DNA of 63,867 nt, the filler included, from Collodictyon triciliatum (taxonomy: Eukaryota), in the NCBI GenBank assembly GCA_043381765.1. It is 20 parts of 20 records of this genome, joined end to end, with 100 filler letters (N's around TTAATTAATTAA, not from the genome) between each part and the next. Parts side by side here need not be neighbours in the genome. Positions count along the whole stretch, not along the records: positions 12,809 to 15,919 come from JBHJMP010007794.1; positions 16,020 to 19,119 come from JBHJMP010007795.1; positions 19,220 to 22,318 come from JBHJMP010007796.1; positions 22,419 to 25,517 come from JBHJMP010007797.1; positions 25,618 to 28,716 come from JBHJMP010007798.1; 15 more parts are not named here. The stretch is one strand, 5' to 3'. Below the pieces are notes generated by a model. That model did not search any database, was not told the origin of the DNA, and worked only from the letters and a program-made list of their open reading frames with translations. Every line of letters begins with the position of its first letter. The first letter of the stretch is position 1. Below, one piece after another: positions 12,809 through 26,049 of this stretch. A program made the translations under genes and the position numbers.

Positions 12809-15800
12809 AAAGATCCCCTGACCTCTCATTTAACTATGCTCAGATTGAAACTTTAATGCTTTCTAAGCTAGCTATTGAAGAATTGTATATCGAAAAAGTT
12901 AAGAAACAAATAGCTGACGAGGCACGTGCTAAACGAGCAGCCGCACTAGAAGAAAAAAGAAGAGAAGCCGCACTCAAAGAACAACAAAGAAAAAAAGAAA
13001 TACTAGACCGCAAACTTCAAAAGAGAGCTGAACAAAATCAAAATCCAGATGTTACTGAGAGACAGAGATTAGCTAATGAAATCGAATCGCTGAGAGACCA
13101 ATTAAATTCACAAACAGCTGTGTCCTCGGTTAATCCTTCACAAGTACCACTGACTTTTCAAAAACAGCTTGAAATTGTTAATCTTCGCAAACAGTTAGAA
13201 GCAATAAATGCACAAAATGATTCATTAATTCAAGGTGTTGATATAGCTGAGACCAACATAATGACTGCCGGTTTGATACAAGACATAGTGGAACTACAAC
13301 GTGCCGCTGTACGTGTGGCAGCTATCGAACAACTGGCCGAAGACGCAGAAGAAGAACAGATCGATTTGCTACTGAACGATTATCCTGACTTACTAGATAA
13401 ACAACTCGATATATTAGATCAACAGTTTTTATTGTATGACTTTCTGACACCCAAGAAAATTTCACGACAACTTGACGACTCCTTACGTTCTTTGGCTAAC
13501 AGTGTCGCTAGTCGCAATCTCTCTTTCGAAAGCGCACTAGACACATCCATCCAAGTTAACGCAGATGACCCAGACACAACCGGAATTAACGATCAAGGCG
13601 GGTACCTCACAGCCGCACAGTCACCCATCCTTACACCTGTACAATCAGCACCAGCAACTCCTTTTATGTCACCTGCCAGACCCGGACCCCAAGCAAGACT
13701 AGGAGGCAACAATGTAACTACGGATGTTTTTGCGGTACCCGGAGCGCCTATACCCAGACCAAAGACAACATTAAGTCGTTCTGAATCAAGTGCCCAATCT
13801 GACCCGACAGTACAAACAACACAAGAGCAAAACACGTCTTTTGATATTGAGCAAGTCATACAAGAACGAGACGCCCTCAGAATAAAACTTGCTGCTACCG
13901 AAAAAGAATACGAAGAACTAAAGAAAAAGCATGCTATGATTCAGGAACTCGCCAAGCAATTACAAGAACGAGCAAAATCTAATATAGATACTGAGGAACT
14001 CAAAGCAAAGTTGATCGAGTTAGTCGAGGAATCAGAATACAGAGAACAGTACCTACATCAAGGCTACCAACAAAGAATCAGAGAAATTAAACAACAGATG
14101 CAGCAAATGACCCCACGCAAAGCTGTTGCGCAACTCAATTCTATAGCACTTAGTCCGATGACCCCCCCACGTCAGTCGCCTCCCAGGGTATTTAATGAAA
14201 TAGCTACCAGTCCTATGATGTCTATCAGTAAGACAACATTCATAGGATTAGAAAAGAAAGAAAAGAAACGAGTTACATTTAGAGTCGATGAAAGAGCGCC
14301 AAAAGAAATAGGTAAGAAGGTAAAGACAGTCAAACAGCGCATGGATGAGATGGTACAGATGGCCGAAGCAGAAATAGGTCGAGAAAAAGAAATTGCTGAG
14401 CTCAAAGAGCAGATAGAAAATCTTCAGTTATTACTAGAGGCACCCAATGTACCCGACACAGCTCTTGAAGAAGCACAAGCAACAATTGAATTCTTGAATG
14501 GAATCATCGCAACAGAAGACCCTGAAAAAGAAGAGATGGCAGAGTGGATTTATTACGCACGTATCGAGTTTGGTGAACTACAATATAAAATCTTTGATTT
14601 GACACATACATTATTAAGTCAATCTGCGCCCAGACCTCCTGTTGGAATTGGAGATGATCAAATAAATGACGCAATCATGGCTGACGAAGACGAAGACACT
14701 CTACAATTATTTATACAAGGTACACAAGGTGCAGGCGGTCAAGTACAACAAATTACTGCGATACCTAAACCTTTTTATGGAAATCCTACAGTACCAGATC
14801 CTCTGAAACCACCTGAGATTTCCGGCAATGCACCTGGAGAACTACCTGGTGCAGTAGACCTAAACCCCATCGGTCAAGACATAACAGATTTTACTCAAAC
14901 CCTGCGCAGACCCCAGACAACCAGTCCCGCAGATACAACATCAGTCTCATCGCAAGCTCCAGCTCCATCGCTAGCTATGGTTCCGTGGAAGCCAAGAATG
15001 TCAGCCGAAACAAAACAAGAAATTATTGAACGAAGGAGAGTACGTATTCAGGAACCTGCTGATAGGACTAGTACTCGTGTTAATCTTTTTGGTCCAGATA
15101 ATCAACCTGTGCCAATTGCTAACATATCACCCCCCCTTCGCCGCAGGAAGTACAAAAAAGTAACAGAGAACTAATAGCTGCAAGATTACAGGTCAGAAAA
15201 CTTGAAGCTCAATTACAAGCAGCTCAAAGACAAGCAGCTGGACCACAAGCACGATTTATCGACGAGACTAGAGCTGCCGAGCTAGAAACTAAATTACAAC
15301 AAGAGCGTACTCGAAAAGAAGGTTTAGAACAAGAAAATGTCCGTCTGAATCTGGAATTACAAAAAAGCCAGTTTGAAAAACAGGCCGCAGAGCAAACTAT
15401 CAGAGCAAATACAGCTAGAGACAACTTCAAAATAAACAGAGCTAATATGTCTTTACAAACTGAGAGAGCAGAAGTCGCTCGGCTACATGCTGAATTACAC
15501 ACCGCACAACTAGAAGCCCGAACTGCCCAACGAGCGGCTGATATAGCTAATCAACAACTCGCTGCCTTACAACAACAACCAGTCCAACAACCAGTTCAAC
15601 CACAAAATTTAAATCCTGCTCCTAATATGTCACAAAGAGCACAAGTAGGATCTCAACAAGCAATGCCGGCAAACATTGCTCAAGCGGCTGGGCCGTTTAT
15701 AGCTAGAACTATTAATCCAAATGTACCAGTAGGACTTGGGGGAGGAGGAGGTGGCGGTGGCGGAGGCGGTGGTGGAGGCGGAGGACCATTCGGCTCACAG

Positions 15801-15919
15801 TTTGCCGTCTTTGCCCCCAACAGAGCCCAGGTCAGAGACGAGAGAGAATACGGAAATCAGTCGAGGTTTGCGCGTAACGTTACACGATTCTTTGAAACAG
15901 AAGCTGTTATGAAGCTGTT
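12809..15919 (+). CDS. Intronless coiled-coil/low-complexity protein spanning the whole contig with one -1 frame change; possible retroelement Gag-like or viral ORF
   Basis: Frame open from 12811 to the stop at 15174. The -1 frame is open from 15123 to the contig end (ELIAARLQVRKLEAQL...poly-Gly...). No introns and no flanking SSRs. Confidence 0.55.
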
Positions 15920-16159
15920 NNNNNNNNNNNNNNNNNNNNNNNNNNNNNNNNNNNNNNNNNNNNTTAATTAATTAANNNNNNNNNNNNNNNNNNNNNNNNN
16001 NNNNNNNNNNNNNNNNNNNTCTTTTATAAAGAAATGCCATTTACAATTTTTTACCTTCAATCATCAGGTACCCCCCCCCCCCCCACAAATTTTTTTTTTT
16101 TTCCCCCCCCCCCCCCCCCTCGATTTGTTGCAAGTTTAAAAATACGAAAGAGATTTATA

Positions 16160-17712
16160 CCTGCGCTGTCTTCTTTGGTGGTTTTCTTTCCACTTTGGAC
16201 GCAAACACAGAGGAGGACTTGCTTGAAAAGTCTTCATGTTTCTATATGTAATTAATTTTCGATGGGCATCTAGATCGCAAATAGAAGGGTAACAAAAAAA
16301 AAATACCAATTCTTGTGCATATTGGTTAACGTGTGTTTGAGCACCTTGATTGCAGGCGCTTCATATTGACCAGGCCCAGGATTTTGAGACGAGCTGAATG
16401 CTATTCTATTCACTTTCGATTTTGAAAAATCAGCACCTGTTTCCTTCTTATTCACTTTGAAATTTGGATTGTAGTATGCCGGTCCACCCTAGGTTGCAAG
16501 GTCAGGGTTACGATACAAATGCCCAAATCTTCTGGCCATAACAAATACATGGATAGCCTCAGTATGTTAGCGGTGGGTTAATAAGAAAGCCAGTATTCTT
16601 GAGACTGTATGCAATAGATAGAAACATACCGTGGAGTCGATGGCGGGTGGTTTATGGAGAACAAGCTCTCCAGCTGAAATTAGATGATATTTTTAGAACC
16701 AAATAAACGAAAGAACGAAAATAAATTAGATGAACAGAGCGCTAGTTTGTTTGTCATATGTGGTTGATTTTGTATATACTGTATTCAATTACTTGTCGTT
16801 TCATCATATCCATAGCTTTGTTCGACAGTGGGAATCGAAGGAGCTGTGGCCACTCTGACCCAGTTGACCTTGATGGCACATGGGCTCGATTAATTTTTGT
16901 TCAGTTGTAATATATTGAGCCTTAGGCGAATATAATTATAGGTTAAAATACCCGTCTTCCAGGGGATGGGTAGTTTCTTCCATGGTCTTCCTTGACCCAC
17001 TGCGGCCCATGAAAGAATTAAAGGGTGACTTCATGTTGTTACTTTTAATCCAAAAATGATATTCTGAATAAAAGCGGTGTGTTGTGGTTGTATCAGGCCA
17101 ATAAACGACAAAGTTTCCCACTTACCTTTCCGCTGACATCATACGACCCTGGCCCAGGAACTGGTGCTGGTTTATCATTGAACCGGGTTGTCTGCAGGTG
17201 AGAAACTTGAGCAGGGATGCAGTGGGGATTGAATGAAAATATTTGTGTAAAAACATATCAGATAAGAAATCAAAAAGAAAGAAAGAAATAGAGAAAAAGA
17301 AGAGAAAATAGCAATACAAATGGAAAGCAAATGGCATGGATGTGTCGAAAATCGACATATCGCAACCTTGGCAGACATTGCAGTAGCAGCCATTTGGTTC
17401 TGCCGTGGCTTTTCCTTCACTTGGTAAGCACCAGGACCTGTGATATTAGTAGGGTTACGACAACGTTTCATATGATCAAAAATCTATTGTATCATTAGAC
17501 ATGAGTTGCTTCCAACTATCTGTCCACTTCTACATCGATTTTTTGTGCTGATTTTCTGAGATATTTGTACAATAGTGCATGGCCACGCCTTAAGAGAACA
17601 ATTTTGAAAATAGCCTTTCTGAAACATCAAAGAGAACGTACCAGGTGTGTGGAAATCTTCTCCGACAATGGTGGTGGGGTCTCGAGGAGCAGATGTGTGG
17701 AACGGCGCTCGC
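16160..17712 (-). CDS. STPG2: Sperm-tail PG-rich repeat (SHIPPO-repeat) axonemal protein, STPG2-like, partial
   Basis: Exons with PGPGQY, TPGPGAY, PGPGSY, GGPAYYNP and TAPSIPTVEQSYGYDE. Confidence 0.75.
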
Positions 17713-19219
17713 CTGCATCGCAGTTAAGCTGATTAGATTCAATCCAGCCACAAGGTATTTATTTTATTCAACGTTCAGTTTCTTCATTTTCTTTTCNNNN
17801 NNNNNNNNNNNNNNNNNNNNNNNNNNNNNNNNNNNNNNNNNNNNNNNNNNNNNNNNNNNNNNNNNNNNNNNNNNNNNNNNNNNNNNNNNNNNNNNNNNNN
17901 NNNNNNNNNNNNNNNNNNNNNNNNNNNNNNNNNNNNNNNNNNNNNNNNNNNNNNNNNNNNNNNNNNNNNNNNNNNNNNNNNNNNNNNNNNNNNNNNNNNN
18001 NNNNNNNNNNNNNNNNNNNNNNNNNNNNNNNNNNNNNNNNNNNNNNNNNNNNNNNNNNNNNNNNNNNNNNNNNNNNNNNNNNNNNNNNNNNNNNNNNNNN
18101 NNNNNNNNNNNNNNNNNNNNNNNNNNNNNNNNNNNNNNNNNNNNNNNNNNNNNNNNNNNNNNNNNNNNNNNNNNNNNNNNNNNNNNNNNNNNNNNNNNNN
18201 NNTTTTGAAACTCTGTGGTAGTATTACTATGGATTACTCCGTTTAAAAAAAAAATAGGCGTTCAGGATTCCTCACGAGTTTGTTTAGCGAACCAAGTTTC
18301 TTAGCTTCAGGCGTGCATCTGCTTCTGATCTTCGTGCTTCTGATGTGATCGAGTAAGGTTGATGGTGATCGAGGCCGGAAATCCGTTGCTTGTGTATCTA
18401 TTCTGGAAAATAATTTTTGACAGATAGATCTGCTGATATCGGTCTCGATGGCATGCAAATCAGCACATTTAGTATGCAATAATGAGCGAATGATGACAGG
18501 TGAGCTCATGGGACAAGTTTCTTGTAAAATACCGGCTAACACGAAAACGTCAGGTGCTGTGTCTATTCATGATATTTCCACCTTAGGTTATCATGCGTAC
18601 TTTGCCAGAACGCAAGCCGACCTTTGTGCGCACACACCGACGATACATCAGTTTTTCAGGCGCTGCACGATGGCTACGTGTGGGAGAGTAGCCGTATTTT
18701 TGTATTTTAAAAAAGATCGAGTCGATAAACAAGGGTGCCTTACCCTGGGACTCGGGGAACTGGGCAGTCTATGACGTGTCTAATCATTTAGGTTTGCAGC
18801 GTGATGGTTCTCAAAACCTTTGGAAGAAATATCGGATAATTTTTTTTTTACTGAGATGCAACTCTGTCATTAGAGATTCGGAAAAGTAGAAAAGCATAAC
18901 ATAAACAAACAAGACAAAGAAACTTAAGCGTTCTCTCATCTTTCTGTCTTTTTTTTTTTTTTTGAACATAAAAAACATCAAACTTGAAAGGGATATTTTA
19001 AGGTTAGACGACAAATATATGGCGCACTTCATTGAGACATTATTTTATTTATGACCGATGGGCTCTTATCTCCCAGTTGAAGAACTACGTTTTGAAGTCC
19101 ATTTAATAATCTATTAAAGNNNNNNNNNNNNNNNNNNNNNNNNNNNNNNNNNNNNNNNNNNNNTTAATTAATTAANNNNNNNNNNNNNNNNNNNNNNNNN
19201 NNNNNNNNNNNNNNNNNNN

Positions 19220-19300
<81 letters not shown>

Positions 19301-19354
19301 TAATAATAAATGTGCTGCTTCATTTAGTCTAGTCTAAGCTGTTTTGATGCTTTA

Positions 19355-21803
19355 CCGATTCGCTCTCAAGTCCCATAGCTTCACATAATTATCTGTGGCC
19401 GCAGTTAAAAAGAGTTCATAAGACTCCTGTGGATGTGGTACATATTAAGATTTTTCACACATTCTAATACGGAAGATTAAAGGAATAATCAATTAAATTG
19501 CTTTTTTTTTTTTTACAAAAATATTGATAGATAAAAAAGGCAGATTAGAAACAAGGAATCCGTGATGGCCGAATATTAGAAATCATGTGTATTATAAGAT
19601 TGTCGGGACTAGGACGTTCTACGAGTATGCAAAGATATAATGATATGGAAACCTATGTATGGGGTGAGCGTGTTGCGTCAGGTATTTTCCGTGCTATCAA
19701 TTTTATGGCCATATCGAATACGGTAAAACTCTTATCTGATGATGAACAAATAACAATATCTTGACGTAGAAAAAAACAACTGATCAGTTAAAAAATATGA
19801 ATGTAAAAATAATTGTTAATCATGTCATACAATAACATACAAGTGCAGGGAATAATAAATAAGTTTTTTTTTTCAGCGAAAATGACCCAGACGGAAATTT
19901 CCTTACGTGATAAAAAGGAATTTATGCATGCAGAGTCGGTAATACTTTGGGCCTCTGATGATAATTTCACAGCTGATCTGTACTTATTGTTATTCTGGAA
20001 CCTGTTTTTATATTTTTATTACATTTATTTCATCGATTTGAGGAAGTGTTATACATACAAGGATATTAGAGCAAAAACATCCTCTGAAAGGTCTCATTTG
20101 AGATTGCAAGGCTTTCTTTCGCCATTACCGAAGGAGGTCGTCCTTAGGGGTTTCCTCAATCACGTGTTTGTACCCAATCAACTGATTGCCACAACTAAGA
20201 ATACATTTATCCATATAATAGAACTTTGATTACCGAATTAGGCCTGAAAACTCTGGATTATCCTTCATTTGATTTTTTTAAAAAAGTGTAAAAAAATATT
20301 GATAATTAAACAAAATATAAATAGCTAATTTATGACCATAATTGGAGAGTCCGTTTATGTATATGAACATGAGCATTATGTTTTTAAAATAAAAGACAGA
20401 GAATTACAATACCCTTGCATCATCTTTTGTGTTTTTTGGCAACGCATCGAAAAATGACAAATGTGTTAGGATTTCCACTGCTCCAGAGCCGAACCGTTCT
20501 ATCAGCAGAAAAAGTCAACAAATAACATTCTTGAGACCATACAAAACTGGAAGAACCGGGGCGCTGTGTCCTATCCATTATGTTAACAGGTAGATTATGG
20601 GCAAGTGGTATAATGAGTAAATAACTTCGTCCACAATCCAGTGCCACTATATAGTGTTGGATACACAAGCAAAACCTGATGAGCTGAATGTCACTTTATA
20701 AAATACCTCGATAATCTGTTCCTTCCCCTTTAAACTTTGCGAAAAAGAGCTTTATTTCAAGAGTGACTTTATCATACCCACAGCTGGTTATTCTCTCTCA
20801 ATTGCATTGATTGATACAAATCGACAGTATTAAGATTCGCTTTCTCTTCTTTTTCTTTTAAAAACCATCATCACACAGAAGCACCCAAGTGAAAGTGAAA
20901 AAAACAAGAAAGAAGGCAGTGATATTGGAATATATTCACATGAATGAATCAGGCGTAGAACGGCGCCGGATTGTGGCGGAATAACAGATGCCCGAGGTTG
21001 AGGGACATGAGGAGGCTCACGATTTATGGGGTACTTTTTTCCAGTAAGTTCCTATCAAGTCAAGTGAAAGAATGCAATATCAAAACATATCTCAATCTTA
21101 TCTTTCCCAATACATACGCGTTTTTTCAATTTGGAAATCAGCTATTATTCATTGAGCCATATGCTTTCCTTTTAAAACAATTTAAAGAAAAAAAGTAAAA
21201 GATGATTATTATGTATATAAGCCAGGTGTAAGTATGTGATTAACTTTTTTAAAATTTTTTTATGATATTTACTATATATGATTAAGTGCTAGTTATAAAT
21301 GCAAAACCCTGATAAGCCTAATATCTTTAAAGTTGTCTTTGGTTTTGTTGAGTTGACTGAAGCAACTCCGTATCCTGACGACTTTACCCTTGAGTGAAAT
21401 GTGACTGGTTTGTTAACAATCTTTGGAATTTTTCCTTCAAAGTTGAGGAGGCTGAAGCCATACATGCAAAAAGAAGGGAAAAACAGGTTGAGAATGGGTT
21501 ATAACACATGTGACTTCTTTGTGTCAATCGGTCCAATATGTAAAGAAATATTGCACAATACCCTTATGAATTTACCTCCATTTTAATCGTCTTGTAAACG
21601 AAATAGATAATGGGAAATGGGATGAAGAAAAACATAATCATAATAAGGCGAGATTTAATAAATTATACACGAGCTCCTCTCAATGTTACGAAGGGGATTT
21701 TCTTCCGCTTTGGGCTCTGATTTGACAACAAAATCCGTCATAAGGCATGAATTGGCCTGCAGTGGCTTTGAAGGAAACACTGAAATGACTTCGTCATTTT
21801 GCT
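19355..21803 (-). CDS. WDR27: WD repeat-containing protein 27-like, partial, multi-exon
   Basis: Exons VISVFPSKPL, KPVTFHSRVKSSGYG, LLTFSADRTVRLWS, KFYYMDKCIL, QSITDSACINSFLS and SYELFLTAATDNYVKLWDLR match WDR27 conserved blocks in order, as recalled. Confidence 0.8.
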
Positions 21804-22544
21804 AGGTATTACAAAGTGTGTTGATGTTTTTGTTTATATTATAGATACAACTAATTTTTTATTCATACAGATGCATTTTTAATAAACTATTTATGGTAAT
21901 ATATTTGTTTAATCGTAAGAAAGGGTAAATATATAAATATACAATTTGTATAGGATTTGTAGTCAAGACGAAGCTAAATACTTTTGGAAGAATAGGATTG
22001 GCCACGCAGCAAACGCACTTTATTTTAAAAAGAAAAAGACGGGTTGATTTTCTTACCACTTTCGAATACTAGTCATTAATATTAGTAAACGAGAAAAATG
22101 AGATATGATCAACGTTATCATGACAAACCGGCGTGTCAGTGAAGGGACAAACGACGTAATTCGATGCAGTAAACCCGACACTGGGAGATGCTAAAGATGC
22201 CGATGATGGTGCTACTGGTGATTAAGTGGACGCTTCAAGAAAGGCAAGAAACAAAACAAAACAAAACAAAACAAAACAAAACAAAACAAAACAAAACAAA
22301 ACAAAACAAAACAAAACANNNNNNNNNNNNNNNNNNNNNNNNNNNNNNNNNNNNNNNNNNNNTTAATTAATTAANNNNNNNNNNNNNNNNNNNNNNNNNN
22401 NNNNNNNNNNNNNNNNNNGTTTCTGGCTGTGAGTCAGGCAAGCCATCTCCATCTATTGCCTGTCTATTCCTCCTTTTTTTTTGGTTCCAGCTCGGCCTCT
22501 TGTGGAAAACGGTATTCAAATTCTGGAATATATATAAATTATTA

Positions 22545-23435
22545 TTAATGAGCTTTGTTTTGAATCTGGAATCTCTTAAAATTTTGGATTTTCCGCATAT
22601 GTTTTGTAAAATATTTTGCAATACGATGAATGCAAATGGAGGCCTCTGTGATTATAGACGGATTATCTTTGGTGGGCGCTGGTTCTTGTGTTGCCTTCGC
22701 TTTGGAGTATCCTTTCGGATAAGTAACGAAGACTGCCTTGAGGCCTCCTATGTTAACTATATTCATGTCGGTCTGAATGGGTAGTTTAAGTGGGGATTTC
22801 TTTCGGGGTTTGGAGATGCGCTGCTCTTGGGTCTTGCAATGTGTGGGCTTGTCCGGTGTTGGTGATGGAGGGCTCGAATGCGAGGATTCTGAAGAGGAAC
22901 CAAGATTTCCTTCTATGTCATCGTCGCTGTCGCTGTATGCGCGTATCTGCTGTGAGTCTTGCGAACTCTGTTGTTGCCTGGCCTTGGCTTCTTTGAACCC
23001 GTTGCTGCTTGTCTGCTTAGTGTATGTATTCTTTTGCGGGGCTTTTACTTGTCGTTCGTTTTTTGCGGCTGGCGGACGCTCTTTGAGGATGCGCTTTGGA
23101 CACTTTTTGCCTACGACCGTAAACTTTGCAGGGAGCTGGTTCTTGTGACAAAGAAGCTTCACCACGGCCGTGTCTGTGAAGAAGCCTTTGTCCTTTTTGA
23201 TCTCCACGTGGGTCGGTCTGAACAGCTTTAGCTCCTCACGAAGGATTTGCGGCCACACGTCCAGCGGTAGTTGGTAGAGCATCATCGAGGTCTCTGTTGG
23301 TTTACTTCTGCTGAAGCTATTCGTATTATCGACCAAACTTACCTGCCTCAACTCCAGAAGCTTTCGGGCGTTTTCTGCAGTGCGGAAGGCAATCAGGCAA
23401 AGGCCTTCGCTGTCCGGTAAGCTTTCGGTAGCCAT
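22545..23435 (-). CDS. Intronless ORF resembling a non-LTR retrotransposon (L1/Tx1-like) ORF1p RRM region
   Basis: Pattern IAF.T.E.A..LL...V ... MLYQLPLDV...LREEL..F..THVEI......TDTAVVKL....QLPAKFTVVG followed by a low-complexity tail; no zinc knuckle or RT seen. Confidence 0.4.
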   Translation of the reverse strand: MATESLPDSEGLCLIAFRTAENARKLLELRQVSLVDNTNSFSRSKPTETSMMLYQLPLDVWPQILREELKLFRPTHVEIKKDKGFFTDTAVVKLLCHKNQLPAKFTVVGKKCPKRILKERPPAAKNERQVKAPQKNTYTKQTSSNGFKEAKARQQQSSQDSQQIRAYSDSDDDIEGNLGSSSESSHSSPPSPTPDKPTHCKTQEQRISKPRKKSPLKLPIQTDMNIVNIGGLKAVFVTYPKGYSKAKATQEPAPTKDNPSIITEASICIHRIAKYFTKHMRKIQNFKRFQIQNKAH

Positions 23436-23769
23436 GTTTGGGTTGAATAGTTACGAAGCGGTGTAATCAATCTCATACATTTTTTTTCAAATTATTCCAT
23501 GGTCTTTTTATTCTTAATGTCCGAATGTGCAAGATGGGAACAGTCCGACTTCTCTGCATAAGATTTTTAATTTGTCGGGCAGCACCCAGACATACCCCTT
23601 CTCTTCAGCTCGCTAGAAGTAGAATGCAACTGACTACAAGATCTATCAACCAATATTAGTACTTTTGTTGCTGCAGAGGAGGTAATATACAATGGTCAAT
23701 ACGGCGAGGAAAGAACGGAATGGAATTTTGAGTCGATTTCTTGTCATGAATGCGAAGTTAATCGAACCC

Positions 23770-24865
23770 TGTTCTTAGTGATGTCAAGGACCTCAAGATT
23801 TTGTAGTTTGCTTATCGCATCAGGGATTCTTGATATCTTAAGCATTTGAGTGGTTTTTTATGGTCATTATTATTTTATTAAAAAAAAAGAATTTAACAGA
23901 AAAAGCGTTTGTAATACTATGTATAAAAAATATGACAAATAACCAAAATTATATTAGTTCAGATTTTTCCTGTTGCCTTGTTCGTGGAGATGTCAAGATA
24001 AACAATTGATGGTATGAAGCAAACAGCTTCAGGAAAGTTAACAAACTATCCAAATAAAAATTGTTAGTTGATTAATGGCAGAGAAGTGGATGTGTATAAC
24101 ATACTCGATTTTGTCCAAGACTTATGAACGTCAGTTTTCTCATAAGGGATATGCATTCTGGTAGAGCAGCAAGTTTCATCCCATGTAAGCTCAGGGATTC
24201 AAATCGGAGCTGGGGAATGCTTGGAATCCAATCCAGCTCCATGATAGTTTCAATCTATTTCAATTATTTACCAGAAATGAATCCATCAAAGAGTATGATT
24301 AACTTCCTTACCGTCTCACAGAGCCGCAATTCACGGAGGCGTTTAAAGTATGGGGTTTCTTCGTTGTTCCAACAGGGGAGATTTGTGATTCCCCTGGGCG
24401 CCCTTTTGATTGCCTGTGGAGGACTGTAGTCGAAGTAGAGCTTCCGTAAATTTGAAAGTCCTGTGATTGAAATCGGAAGCTCTTCGATCTATGCAGCATA
24501 TTTTAGATATTGTTCTAAATGGACGAAATAACACAGAAAGATTAATTACGAACCGAGTTATCAGATACGTCCAACTCTCTGAGGTTCGTTAAATGCGAAA
24601 CGCTTGATGGAAAGAAAGAAAATTGATTCCCACGAAGATCAAGCTTCGTCAGTGCTGTCAATTGGGACATTTCTGGCGGTAATACAGACAGGTGGTTGTC
24701 GTATAGATACAGCTGCACTAGACGGAGTAACCGAAAGACACCCATCGGCACCATGGTTATTTTGTTACTGGAGAGGTGCAGTGACGTTCGAATTCGGACT
24801 CTTTCGATGCTACGTTCCCCTATATATCTTTGGAGCTCGTCGAGATCCAAAAGGTCGCTGGACAT
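23770..24865 (-). CDS. Leucine-rich repeat protein, multi-exon
   Basis: Repeated LxxLxLxxN motifs: LVQLYLYDNHLSVLP, LTKLDLRGNQF, LRELDVSDN, IPDAISKLQNLEVLDITKN. Confidence 0.85.
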
Positions 24866-26049
24866 GGCGCAGGCGCTGTGGTGGATGCCTGGTGGATAGG
24901 CCTGTGAGATAAGCAACTGTGCATGCAGACTCTCTTGCCTCCTGAGGCGCTCTGAAAATGACTTTGCGTGAGTACTGTAACAATACAATGACGGAGCGGC
25001 ACACTGACATTTTATATGAAAGCCACGACAACTGGGCCAGGAACGCTGAACAGAGCTGGATAAATGTCTCTGGGTAACTCTCCAGGAGCGCGCGTGCCTT
25101 TTGCGCGTGTCAGCGGCTGGGTCAGCTCTTCATTTTGGCAGCTGATTTCCATGTGCTGAACATACATATGTAGATGGTGCAATCCAAGAGAGGCAATCAG
25201 AGTGTGTGCTTTGTCTTGTTGATTGAATGTCTCAAAACTTTACGTTATTGTCAAAAATAACTTACAATTAAAATATTCGATTTATTTACACATAAAAGTA
25301 ATTATGCAATATTTTCCACAAATACACATACTTACAGAATTATCGAATTTTCTTGGGTTCGCAAAATAGATTCAAAATTTCAAAATGCAAACCTGAAACC
25401 ACACCCAAGAAAAACAGATGAAGAAAAAAGAGAAAACAGTAAAGAAAAAAGAAGAAAAAAGAAAAAAGAAAAAAAAAAAAAAAAGAAAAAAAAAAAAAAA
25501 GAAAAAAAAAAAAAAAANNNNNNNNNNNNNNNNNNNNNNNNNNNNNNNNNNNNNNNNNNNNTTAATTAATTAANNNNNNNNNNNNNNNNNNNNNNNNNNN
25601 NNNNNNNNNNNNNNNNNTTTTTTTTTTTTTTGTTTTTTTTTTTTGTTTTAACTTATGCATTTCTTTCATTTGCTAGTTTTATTGAAGAATGAAGAATTGC
25701 AGGTCTAAAGGGCTTCAGTTGAGCAAGAAAGAGAATCATGACATAGGGGATTCATCAAAGCAAAATGATACCATACCTCATCATCAAAAAGATTTAAAGA
25801 TAGGTCCAAGCTCGATATCGGCAGAATAGATTCATTACAAAGTAGATGAATTACATTTCTGCTTGGAGTAATCGTTGTTAATAATACAATTATTATTCAT
25901 TTAGAATTTCGGTTTCCTAGCGAACCCAGAACAATTATAAACCATCTTTTCTTCAAAAAAAAATATATTTGTTTAGAGCATATAGTTATCAGAATGGAAC
26001 TTTGAATAGTACGTTATCGATTTGATGGTAAGTCTGCACTCTCTTAGTA

